The notes under the pieces: model-generated
Told to the model about the DNA's origin: nothing
Database searches by the model: none
The model's input: the letters and a program-made list of their open reading frames with translations, nothing else
Part shown: positions 1 through 11,236 of the stretch, one piece after another
Layout of the letters: every line of letters starts with the position of its first letter
Numbering within the stretch: position 1 is the stretch's first letter
Position numbers and translations under genes: made by a program
NCBI GenBank assembly: GCA_003427395.1
Contig: BFEA01000014.1
Location: forward strand, 2,070,314-2,126,260
DNA: 55,947 nt
Reading direction: 5' to 3'
DNA from: Chara braunii
Lineage: Eukaryota; Plantae; Charophyceae

Positions 1-140
1 GAGCACCACGTTCCCGTCGAGCACGAGAAGCACGGATCGACGACGAGCACCAAGTTCCCGTCGAGCACCAAAGGAGAGCACCAAGTTCCCATCGAGCACC
101 AAGTTCCCATCGAGCACCAAAGGAGGGCACCAAGTTCCCG
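1..140. repeat. ~18-bp minisatellite (GAGCACCAAGTTCCCRTC-like units)
   Basis: GAGCAC-cored units repeated imperfectly 7-8 times. Confidence 0.8.
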
Positions 141-149
141 TTAAGCGAC

Positions 150-153
<4 letters not shown>

Positions 154-206
<53 letters not shown>
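154..206. repeat. (GA)n microsatellite, one of many (e.g. 1306-1365, 1605-1653, 12590-12905, 13996-14095, 33746-33797, 43936-44433, 54343-54545)
   Basis: Pure dinucleotide runs; several abut N-gaps. Confidence 0.95.
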
Positions 207-208
<2 letters not shown>

Positions 209-729
209 ACCGACCACCGAGCACACGCGCACCGACCACAGAGCACACACACGCGCACGTTCCAGAAAGTGGAGGTCGATTGGAGGGGTGGCTGGCAACA
301 ACAATGTGGGTGGGCGATTGGAGGGTGGGCCGGCAACACCGAAGCGGGTGGCCGGGGCAACGAAAGCAGTCCGGCGGGCGATTCGGCGCTTCCGGTACCA
401 ACCGGCGACCGTGGAGGAGTGGCCGGGGCGGGTCACGATTACGGGCGGACGGGCGGGCGGACGACTGGAGGGGTGGGCGGGCCTGCAATTCGGCGCCTCC
501 GGTAGCGACCGGCAGAATCTGAAATCTGACATCGCACGGCCCGAATTGCAGGCCGGTAACCACCGCGGACAGCCCAGATCGCAGGCCGATCAGAAAACTC
601 CGCGGTGGTTACCGGCCTGCGATTCGGGCCGTGCAATATGACGTTTAGCAGTTATTATAGTAGGTGTAGATAAAGATGTCGATGTAGATTTCTTTCTTTC
701 TTTCTGAAAACTAGCCTATATTCTTCTCT

Positions 730-1046
730 CAATATGTCTCCCACTACCTACCTCTACACTACTAGCTTAGCAGGGAACACTGGCGTTATGGGTTGGATTC
801 CCGGCCTCCAGATTTTTCCCTCAGCATATCCCATGGGCTGTTCTATGCGGGGAACAGTAAGTACCCACGCTCCTAACACCTGACGCGAGCTGGAAAGCAG
901 ATTCACGTACTTCCACAACCAGCCAGAAGGGACAAGCCGACTTTCTCGGCTGGTGAACCCGAAGCATACCACACAGGGGGTCGTGGGGAATCGAACCCAC
1001 GACCTCCTGTCGACCACTTACATGCTCAACCAACTGAGCTAGCCCT
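730..1046 (-). mobile_element. tRNA-derived SINE (head 975-1046; body extends to about 730)
   Basis: Minus strand GGGCTAGCTCAGTTGG (A box) ... GGTTCGATTCC (B box) with an intact T-arm; acceptor and anticodon arms do not pair; 3' boundary approximate. Confidence 0.6.
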
Positions 1047-1081
1047 CTTGGCATAGCGTATACTTACAGTTATTTCTGATT

Positions 1082-1165
1082 AACCCGAAGCATACCACAC
1101 GGGGTCGTGGGGAAACGAACCCACAACCTCCTGTCGACCACTTACGTGCTCAACCAACTGAGCTA
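1082..1165 (-). mobile_element. Second tandem copy of the tRNA-like SINE head, continuing at 2002-2043 after a MITE insertion
   Basis: 1082-1165 plus 2002-2043 reproduces 956-1081 nearly base for base. Confidence 0.75.
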
Positions 1166-1302
1166 CAGTCTTCCCCCGAACAAAACGCACGTATGTACTA
1201 TTCAACTTTCCCTGGAAAACTCGATTTTTTGAAGTAGCTCCTGAAAGTCCGAATAGTACGCACGTTCAAATAGTATGCACGTGTGTACTATTCGAATAGT
1301 AC

Positions 1303-1365
<63 letters not shown>

Positions 1366-1603
1366 NNNNNNNNNNNNNNNNNNNNNNNNNNNNNNNNNNN
1401 NNNNNNNNNNNNNNNNNNNNNNNNNNNNNNNNNNNNNNNNNNNNNNNNNNNNNNNNNNNNNNNNNNNNNNNNNNNNNNNNNNNNTCGCCGCAGAAAATGG
1501 GATTACCGCACGCTCCAAGAAACGACTGGCCGAAGACAGAGCTCGAAGTATTGCAGCCAGAAAACAGGATCACCACATGCTCCAAGAAACGACAGGCCGA
1601 ACT

Positions 1604-1661
<58 letters not shown>

Positions 1662-2001
1662 GCTTCCCTATTGCCGTCTGCGTGGAGGTCTTATTGTCTA
1701 CGTACAGTCTTGCTCCACCCCTCTACACATGCAGGACGTATACTTCCGTTTCCTAGGGGAAGATTCATTTTGGAGACTTGTTTTTTTTTTTGTTTTTTTT
1801 TGTAATGAGGACCATTTCTCAATTTATGTGTGTCGCTCCAACTGTGATGCATGCCACAGGGACAGACCCGTGGCTACAAGGGCGTGTACCGGATTTTTTC
1901 TGAGAGCCCTTTTTCTGAAGTTGGTGCCCAAAACCCGTAGCATAACGCTCGTGCGTTGTATTCATATACAACACACGTGCGTTTTGTTCGGGGAAAGACT
2001 G
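1166..2001. mobile_element. Non-autonomous Tc1/mariner-like DNA transposon (MITE) with TA target duplication
   Basis: TIRs CAGTCTTCCCCCGAACAAAACGCACGT / ACGTGCGTTTTGTTCGGGGAAAGACTG; TA at 1164-1165 and 2002-2003; empty site visible in the adjacent repeat copy. Confidence 0.85.
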
Positions 2002-2370
2002 TAGCCCTTGTGGCATAGCGTATACTTACAGTTATTTCTGATTATATGGCTTACTTGCTTTTCGGGGGTCGGTCCCCAGGGATTGAGTCCCGCTAAATAA
2101 ACCTGGGTAACGCTCCCACTATCTGTTTTGTCCGGGTCGACTGTGAGGACCCCTGCCTTAGTTATTTCATCGCAATATATTTATCTTCACTTTGGAAAAG
2201 CCAAAAAAAAAAAAACAGCGAGTATGATGAACAGAAATACATGTTCCAGATGCATCAGCACTTAGTCTAATTCTGGGCAAGGAAAGAGAAACACACCCTC
2301 CCGAGGAGAATGAGCGGTAGCGCTTACTGAGCAGCAGTCTAATTCTGGGCAAGGAAACGGAATCACTCAC

Positions 2371-2445
2371 CCTCCCAAGGAGAACGAGCGGTAATGGTGT
2401 CGACTTCGATGCAGGTGTCAAGAGCGCTTGAATCTCATTGACGGA
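2371..2445 (-). CDS. PEX11: Peroxin 11 (PEX11c/d/e type), exon 2
   Basis: SVNEIQALLTPASKSTPLPLVLLGR matches plant PEX11c FVNDLHALISPVPKGTPLPLVLLGK; TTTCAG acceptor, GTGAGT donor, phase 0 with exon 1. Confidence 0.9.
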
Positions 2446-3512
2446 CTGAAACCACAAAAAAGACCAACCGCAAAGCGCACAAGCAAGAGAATCCAAAGAG
2501 AAACGAGGGGTTCACATCAGCAAACAGGAACACAATCTCCTATTGGAGAAGGAGTGGATTTACGAAACATGAAATATAGATGGGAGGCAGCCGGGAGGGG
2601 GGCAACAACCAAGGCATGATGAGGGTCAAAGAGAACTTCGCATTGCTGCTTCCTTCAAATACTATCCCAACTTTTCCCAATTCTGACCAGAAAATTTCCT
2701 TCCCTCTATATACTCACATGCCTTCGGAAGACCTGCAATTTTCTAGCCAAAATGTGACGACAACAATTAGTCAGACGTTCCCTCTAATACCTGACGACAA
2801 ATTCTGCACCTGCACGGACCTAATGCCATCCTCCTGACATTTTCCACGTCAGCTGTTTGCATAACACCAGCAAAAAAGAGTTTCGTTGAAAAGAATAATT
2901 ATTTGGTAGCAGAACAGTTTCATGCAAGAGCTGTTAAAGAAAAAAGAAAAAAAGAGAAAAAGAAGAAGAAGAAAGCATGGATTTGCTCTGGAAAGGATGG
3001 ATGGGTTTTCCAAAGTTCTTTTGTTCTTGTTCTTGGACAAAGAAAAATCGATAACTCCACTGACGGGCCTAGGTCGGTCGGTACAGACATGGACTGTCGT
3101 AATCCCAACCCAAGTTTGAATCCAGATCCAATCCGATAAAAAGAACAAAATAATTCCAGACTACACGGGACCGGTCAGTTCAATAATGGTATCTAAGTTC
3201 ATAATTGGAAACCTTGAGGGCCCCCTTTTTTGAAAAAAAAATAAAAAATAATGGTATCTCAACGCCGTCACCCCTTTTTAAACTACCCCTTCCTCTCACC
3301 TAGCTGGCAGTACCTGTGAAAGAATGGCTGATAAGCGAAGGACTAAGGAGAGACGTGGACTCAAGGAACTAGTGCCATATGTGAGGAAGGTTCAATCAAG
3401 AAGCTGGACTATCTCTTGGAATGTCGTAAAGCCAACCGACTATGAAACATGACACGCGAGATTTGGCAAGGGGTCTCCTATAACTTCCAAGTATATCCCT
3501 TCATCTTCTTGA

Positions 3513-3889
3513 ACCACCGGTACCTCCGAGCCACTTGTTGCCTAGGCGGATTCCCCCTGTGCACCAAGCTTCGCCAAAACCAGCACAGTGTTTCTTTTTT
3601 CTTTTGGCTGCTGCCGCCAGCCATTTTGGTCCTGCACCCCCGAGCCTCCAAAATTTTGGGTTGGCTCGATTTCGATTCTGAAGTCTGCCTGGGCGAGGTA
3701 CGGGTGGTTTAAACCACCAGGCCTGCAGGTCCCTTATTGTGCGCCAAGCTCTTCCGAACCACCAGCGGTGCACTGTTTTTCTTTTTTGGCTGGCGCCGCC
3801 AGCCATCGTGGTCCAGTAGGCCCGGCCTCCAAATTTTTTGTAGGCTACGAGTTTCTTATTCAGCAAGGCTGGGGCCTTGTACTGGCGGC
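3513..3889. mobile_element. Two tandem MITEs (3513-3708, 3713-3889) sharing a TTAA site
   Basis: TIRs ACCACCGGTACCTC / GAGGTACGGGTGGT; flanks TTGA, TTAA, CTAA; similar interiors. Confidence 0.6.
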
Positions 3890-5667
3890 CTAAGACGGCT
3901 TCATTCACAAAAAGATCAGTCCAGTTTTCAGAAAAACTGTTTCAAAAGGTTGAGACGGTATGAGTTCTGGAGACCATTGACAGAAGATCATGTCCATTCA
4001 CGAGTTGGAGAACGGAATTAAGACAACTACTGCAGACCGAGTACACAGCAGAATGGTGGTGGAGGGCCCGAAACAGGATCCTAAAAAACAAGCATAAAGG
4101 ACAGTCGATTCAACAGACTTTCGAGGAATCGAGATGGACAGGGGAGGGTGAAAGGGGAGGAGGAAGGGGGGGGGGGGAGAATGGAAGAATCCAGCTTCAA
4201 TATGGGCTCCCCTTAACCACAAAGAAAGACCTCAATTCACGGTAGATTGCCCAAATCCTCTATCGTGAATGGATTTTGGCAGTCAATTCAACAGCCACTA
4301 TCGTGAATGGAAGAATCCAGCTTTAATATGGGCTCCCCTTAACCCCGAAGAAAGACCGAGAAGAAGGTAAGAGAAAGAGGCCTCCTTAAAGAAGTAAAAA
4401 GGAAGAGAGAACTGGAAACTGAGAGGGTCAAACCTCAAGATTGCCAAAGTCATGGTTGGTCCATTATAAAAGAGATACGAACTTACGACCTGGAAGCTAC
4501 GCTTCAGATAAGTACTTGCCACTTGGTAATGCAAGTCTTAACAGGAGAAGGAGAAGGGATTGTGCAACAGCAGGTGCCAGGAGCATAGCTCCTTAACCAG
4601 TCGTATGTAACAGCTGTAGGAGTCCACACGCAACGAGATTAGGCAGCCTGGTAGGGCTGCAACGAGAAGGACAGACGACTGGTGTTTGAGAGCTAAAAAT
4701 AGTAAGTGACTAGGGGGGAGGAGGGGTGGAGGAGGGATAAATTCTTCCTCCTCCCCCTGGGTCCCTCAGCCATAACGGAGGGAAGCATCAGGTCTTTACT
4801 CCATGTAACGGTCAGTGGATCTGGCTCCCAGAAAATTAAAATGAGCTTTGGATGCTGAGGAATGAAAGATGCAGGCAAGGAGTGACTCCACCGGTGTGGG
4901 CCTACCAGGAGTGCGTAATCGAAAACATCAGAATTGCCCTACTGGCGGACCTCCACCAATGCAGACGCATAGCAGGAGGAAAAGAAGCTGGATTTTGGGA
5001 AAGATGGGCCCCCTTCCCCCTGCTACTGACCCGGGACCCCTGTACAGGACAGCTAAAGTTTGGCCCCGTTCCACAAGGCCACGTGCCCGGACCAGAGATG
5101 GAGGAGGGACAAGGCTGAGACAAGCGGCAGCCAGCGGAATGATAGAAGGCTACAGGATTTAGAAGAGGGTTTGGGGGGGAAGATTAAAAAGGCGAACTTT
5201 GGCCGGGGAAACCTGGGCATAATGGGGCTAGTAGGATTGATCAGGAAATGCTGGGGATACTTTTAACGTTGTATACAGATTGTAGGTGGAAGCAAACAAA
5301 GCAGGGAGGGAATAGGTATGCTGAGCTAGGCGGTAAGGAAGGGAATTAGGGATGAAATAGGATGTTTGTAAAGAGGGGGGAAAGGGAAGTAAGCACTATA
5401 GGGGTAACACGGGTATAACAGGAAACAGGTTTTAAGGGCGAGAAATATCTTAATCTGGACTGTAGCAGCCAAGAAGAGGATTGGAGATGAGCGGCCTGCG
5501 AGGTTGCTAGGTTGCCCCCCCCACGCCTAGCCTCCCCCGGGACCCCTCTGCTGCGTGACTGGGCGCTGCTAGGAAGCTTCCCGGCCAGCAGAAGTATCCC
5601 CCCGGAGGCGGAGGCCATGGTATGGGAGGTGGGGTCCGTCGTAGCGACCCCCCTTGATAGGTAACTA

Positions 5668-6168
5668 CTGTCTTAACCCGAAAAAAAATGTACGTACATT
5701 CTATTCAACTTACCATGAAAAAATGGGTTCTCCAAAATCGCTGGTTATTTTTCGAATAGAACGTACGGTCGAATATAACGTTCGTATGTTGCATTCGAAT
5801 ACAACATAAGTACATTGTATTCAATTTTTTTTAAATCAGAAAATTCCGAAAAAAAAAGCAAGTTGTACAACATTGCAATACAAACAACTTTTGCCTGAGG
5901 GTCATGTCGAACTTCTCAACCGTATTCGAGAAAAAAAAATAAAAACAAAAATAAAAATATTTTTTGAAGTTTTGAAGGCATTTTGCAGTGTTTTCTGATT
6001 TCTTAAGAATTTCGATTCAAAAAAAAATCATCCAAAAAAATCCGAAAAAAAAAAACTATGTTGTACCATTGTTGTACTAGGTACGTACGCTGTATTCAAA
6101 TTCAACGTACCCCGTACGTTGTATTCGTATACAGCGTACTTACGTACGTTTTTTTCAGGTTAAGCCAG
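5668..6168. mobile_element. MITE with TA target duplication, related to 1166-2001
   Basis: TIRs CTGTCTTAACCCGAAAAAAAATGTACGTA / TACGTACGTTTTTTTCAGGTTAAGCCAG, TA on both sides; subterminal similarity to the 1166 element. Confidence 0.75.
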
Positions 6169-6614
6169 TAGGGGCTGTCCCCTTTTCTGCAGACTTTGCT
6201 CTCGCTTGAACTCATGCTTGCCGGTGATAAGCAACTAGACTGATGCCCCCCAGAATAGAAGGGGGGTTTCTTTTCCCGAAAAAAAAAAAAAAAAGGCTCG
6301 TGCGGCCTGAGGAACTGCTAGGGACGCCCCTCCCTTGCTCTCATCCTTCTGGAGATCGCCCTGCTTGCCAAAAATCAGACCACATTCGTTCATTCTACTC
6401 CAATGATGTACTTCATCAGCTCGCCAAACACGTTCTCGTATTCTAACACATTAAACACAATGTACGGGGACATTGACTAAGCACAAACGAACCTAGTTCC
6501 AAAAATCAGACCACATTCATTCATCCCAGTTTTTTTTTTTTTTTTTTTTTAATCCTTCCAATGTTAACAGATGGCTCAAAAGGAAAATTTCTACTATTGC
6601 TTCAATTGAGTGAT

Positions 6615-6682
6615 TTCTTCTTCTTCTTCTTCTTCTTCTTCTTCTTCTTCTTCTTCTTCTTCTTCTCCTTCTCCTTCTTCTT
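6615..6682. repeat. (TTC)n microsatellite
   Basis: Direct observation. Confidence 0.95.
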
Positions 6683-9246
6683 TCCATTTTTGACAAAAAC
6701 TTCGATGTCAGGGGTTTCACTTAACAAGGTGATACGACCATTCTTTTTTCCTAATTTGGGTCATTTCACAATTTGCACATGTCACCCTTGCTTTGGAGCC
6801 ATGGTAATCTCCTCTTGTCCCGTTTCAATTTTAAATCACCAGTCCATCTGAGCCTCTTTCTTCCAATCCAGATTTCCGCCACACCCAAAAAAAAAAAAAA
6901 ATGCAGCAGCGCTGCAGGCACAAGATCGGATCTTTTCCCCTGGCGCCACTATCCTTTTTCTGTCCGGTGGGTCCAAGCCCCGAACTCTGCGACCGATGAA
7001 CCACCACATCAGGGCAAAACAGCTGAAAACCGAACTGGTGGCGTAACGGATGTCCCAGTATCAGAAATACCATCGGTATATTCTTCTAGCTTTTCTGACT
7101 GATTCCAATTTGTTTTTGAGAGGTCAACTGAATGAGCCAAACCTGCTCTTTGTCCCAGATACAAACTGAACTTGGTCTGTTCTTTGCAAGCAGCAGAAGT
7201 CGCAGCGGGTTCAAATCCCATCGTGCAAGCAGATTGCGCAGCACCCCAAGCTTGAAATGGCATTATCCCACAAACTTCATGCTCAAGAGTCAAAACTACA
7301 AAAGCCTGGAAAGACACCATTCTAGGCAGCCACACTTGGCAGTCCATCCAACCTTTTATACGGGCGATCAGGTATTTTTTCCTCTCAAACATGCTATTTC
7401 ATTCACAAGTGACATGAAACTGATCTACACTGCTGACCACGTTCAATGCCCGTAATGTTTTGTTTCAGAACTGGTACTGTTTAGATTCACGCGACTCTGG
7501 TCTATGTTCTGCACAAGATCCACAGCAATTACCATGGTAATAAGGCCATCTGGGGAGTGAAAAGAATAAGGCCAAGGGTATGCCATCGTTTTTGTAAAAC
7601 ATAGAATTGCCCCCTAACACAAAGTGGGGTCCTTTGCATACCCCCAAAATAGACAGTGGGCCCTTTACAGGAGGCGTATCTGGTCCAAAAGCCACCGCAA
7701 ACACAACCAAATCCTATAATGACCCACAGATATTTGCGAGAGGAGTGGGGATCAGCTCCAACCTCCCAGCCTCCCAACCTCCCAACCTCCCACGACGAGA
7801 ACATGGGACTCATATCTCTAAGCCAAAATCACAACCGCACTCTTATATTATATTATATATATTTCCAAAATATAATTGCACAATTTTATAGTAATTTTTA
7901 ATTTTATGCAATATCATCAAAATTTATGTATAATACTATAATTATCAATTAGCCTGCCCCCAAGTTCACCTGGCAAACAGTATAGCACACAGCCCTGCAG
8001 AAAAATCTAACCACACCGTTTAAAATCAGATGGAGTGGATTGGATAAGAATACTCAAAATAAAGATTGATTCACTTTCCGACAAAACAATATGCCTAGAG
8101 CATACCCCTTAGACGTCTCAAAAATAAACATCCAGAAGACCCAAAGTTCCCTCCTTTTCCAAACGTAACCAATCAGCCCCATAGCCCACGCATCAAGGGC
8201 TGCAAAAGGGTAGCCCTGAGATGTTTTCGAGATCACACTCAAATCAAATCCCTCTACAACATCTCCCAAGGGCATACTCACAGCAGGCCCTTACAATCGC
8301 AGAGCCACAAAATCAGTGGCCAGACCGAGTCCTGCCAAAAGGAAGACTCTGTTTGGCCGCTGATTTTGCGATTCTGCAATTATAAGGGGGTAGCGCGAGC
8401 ATACGCTAAGATGTGTCTAAAGGTTATGTATTTATCTGGCTAAAGGCCAGACCAGATCTGTGCTCCCTCTGAATCCAGTCTTATCTTCCATTTGCTGATG
8501 CTTCACTCTCCCCTGGAGGTATAAATGGGGCTTAAATCAGAGAGTAAGACATCACCAAACTAAATGAAGATCGAGGAGCACCGGTGGTTTAAGCCCCCCC
8601 GTGAAAGGGAAAGGGAGACAAACACCAAAATGCAGTACTGCAACAGACTATTTATCTGCCTAAGGGTCAGATCTGGGCTCCCTCTCAGTCCCGCATCATC
8701 GTCTAATTTGTCTTCTACTTTGCTGATGCCCTACTCTACCGGGGAGCTATAAATGGGGCTTAAACCAGAGAGTGAAACATCACTACACTAAACAAAGCTT
8801 GAGTATCCGTGGTTTATGCCCCATCCATACCTTTCCCAGAGAGTGAAGCACCAGCACATTAGATGAGGCTTGTGCACTGACGGTTTGAACCCCCAGTACG
8901 TTTCCCAGCAGGCTCAGCAGCCAAAGAATAAAATATGCAGCTTGCATGCAGCTGCAACTTTCTCAATCGAGGCTCGGTCTCTGGAGCAGAACGGCTGGCG
9001 GCGCCAGCCAAACGGAGGCCCGCACATAACCGTTTCTGTTTGGCGCGCAGGGCATTTCCAAAGTCCGTCCAGGATCCATTTGACTTTTTCATCAGGACTC
9101 CAATGGGTGGTGAATAACGACTTACCACCCTGCCCAAAGTTAGCCATACCCAACCCCTTGGTGGAACGCAGGATGTATTTCGTGCAATTTTCACTCCAGA
9201 TACAGCTATATGATCCTGCAATCTATTCGCGGGGAGGGGGGGCCAA

Positions 9247-9277
<31 letters not shown>

Positions 9278-9362
9278 TAAGACGGTAGGAATGCAGGGTT
9301 TGGGGTTGGTAGGAGAAAAGTGGACAACTTTACTCTTGCCAACCCCCAAACCTGCGATCCTA

Positions 9363-9489
9363 CGGTCTTCCCCAGAATAGAACGAGCGGTCATCACAGCT
9401 GTATTTGGACTGAAAGTTGACCCAAATACAGTCCAAAATTCTCCAAAGACAGCTATAATGCCCATGCGTCCTATTCCGGGGGAAGACGG
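9363..9489. mobile_element. Short TA-flanked MITE (C.GTCTTCCCC family)
   Basis: TA-CGGTCTTCCCCAGAATAG ... CTATTCCGGGGGAAGACGG-TA. Confidence 0.7.
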
Positions 9490-9571
9490 TAGCAGACAGA
9501 CGGTCCAGTCCAACCCCCTGAGAAGAACGGCAACATCTGTGTGTGCGCGGACACGACCCAATCCATGGGAA

Positions 9572-10561
9572 TCGCTCCATTACTCAGCATTCTAGATGTA
9601 TCTGGACTGCTGACTGGACCAGATACACACGGACTCATCCAACGTTTTTGAATGCATAGGGACCATTACCAGCTCCAAATACATTTAAAAAGAATGTTGT
9701 GCAGCGGAGCGATGCCCCACCAACCGCAGTTTCTCATCCAAATAACGAATAGTGATGGATAAGGGCATACATACTCACACTGGGACTTTCCCGGGTGTCA
9801 GTCAAAATCCCAGCAGCAGCGGGCAGCAGCAGCAGCAGCAGCAGCAGCATTTGCTGATGCTTCCACTGCAACAATAACTGCGACATTTTTTAGTTTTATT
9901 TTTGATAGACATTTGTTTTTCTCATGCTCGCCAAAGGATCGCTCCACCACTCACCGCATGCACAAAAGAAAAAAATTATGGCGATGAATCTTTCCACGTT
10001 GTAGCGGAAGATTCATTCTCATTTTGCCCATTTGGTGAGCGGTGGAGCGAGGAGCAAGGAAACAGAGAGCAGATCCTACAACTGGATATTCTTTCTCGAT
10101 ACGAAAGCCGGAGCGAGATCCAACTAACACACATGATGGATTTAGCGCCTGAATCTCGACGTGTCTGAAGGATAGATGCAGAAAATTGTGATTCATCTGC
10201 TTTTCTGCATCTCCGCTTAGAACCCGTCCAGATTCAGGTTCTTAATCCGACTCACTTTCCTAGTGGGAACTCGCCACCCAAGTCAGAGAATACGAATGCT
10301 TAAATCCAAGCTCAGGAATATCGCGAACGAACGTGGACGTCAACTCGGTCAAATACATTCACTAATGCTTCTTTTTTTTTTCCTTCACATGCTTCTCCCC
10401 CTCCTCCCGCCTCCATGGGGCGAATTCTCTTCTTAGGGCCTCGCCCCAATACATACATAGCATTCCAAATGTATTGGGACGGGAAAATGGCCCCAAATAC
10501 ATTCGAAATGTTTGGTCAGTCCAGTCCAGATACATTTCGGGTATTGTGTAGTGGAGCGAGG
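9572..10561. mobile_element. Cluster of three ~110-140 bp fold-back elements with TCGCTCC...GGAGCGA termini (about 9572-9711, 9939-10050, 10440-10561)
   Basis: Shared inverted termini; two copies share AATGTAT/ATACATT subterminal motifs. Confidence 0.6.
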
Positions 10562-10750
10562 CCCTCAGTCCGTTGGATTGATTTTCTGACCATGAAATAG
10601 AAGGCGCGCCCGACATGAGAAGGCGGTGCTTTACCTAAAAAAAAAGAAAAGAAAAGAAAAAAAAGGAAGGCGGTGCTGGGAGGGAGGAACGAGAGGAGGG
10701 GAACAGAGTGTTCATTTCTCTTCTTTTTCTTTTTTTATTATACAAACAAT

Positions 10751-10996
10751 CAGGGCTACCAGCCGGGCCGCCCGGGTCCCGGGTGGCCAGCCCGTGCAAA
10801 GACCAAGGACGGTCCCAACAAAAAAAAAAAGGGAATCCAAAAAATCCGAAAAAAAACTATGTTATGCAGAAAAATAAACTGAACAACTTTTGCCTGAGGG
10901 TCACATCGAAATTCTTTACCAAATTTCAATTTATTTATTTACTTATTTTTTTTGGCCCGGCCGGGCGAGTGACCCCGGGCCACTCTGGTAGCCTAG
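10751..10996. mobile_element. Non-autonomous hAT-like element
   Basis: Termini CAGGGCTACCAG / CTGGTAGCCTAG; perfect 8-bp TSD CAAACAAT (10743-10750, 10997-11004). Confidence 0.8.
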
Positions 10997-11009
10997 CAAA
11001 CAATACAAT

Positions 11010-11070
11010 AAATTTGGACCATTTGTCGCTTTATGCGTCTCATCCTTGCACAGGGCCACGCTAATCCTCT
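11010..11070 (-). pseudogene. U6: U6 snRNA 3' half (pseudogene fragment)
   Basis: Minus strand AGAGGATTAGCGTGGCCCTGTGCAAGGATGAGACGCATAAAGCGACAAATGGTCCAAATTT versus plant U6 as recalled: about 6 substitutions and 1 deletion in ~62 nt. Confidence 0.9.
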
Positions 11071-11236
11071 TTTCTTTCTCTTTTTTTTTTCCCATGCTAA
11101 TCTCCTTTTCGTTTTTTTTTTCCCATTTCATTTAGTTCCATCTCAATTCCAACTCAGGTATGCATTTCATTAGTTCATGGGCGTACCAACAACTAGGCCC
11201 GATCCCGAAAAGATTAGCATCTGGATTCTAATTCAC

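Noticed and set aside
975-1046. Functional tRNA gene
   Set aside because: A and B boxes and T-arm are present, but acceptor and anticodon stems do not pair; treated as a SINE or pseudo-tRNA.
1060-1067. U1 snRNA 5' end (ATACTTAC)
   Set aside because: Only 8 nt match with no further U1 similarity.
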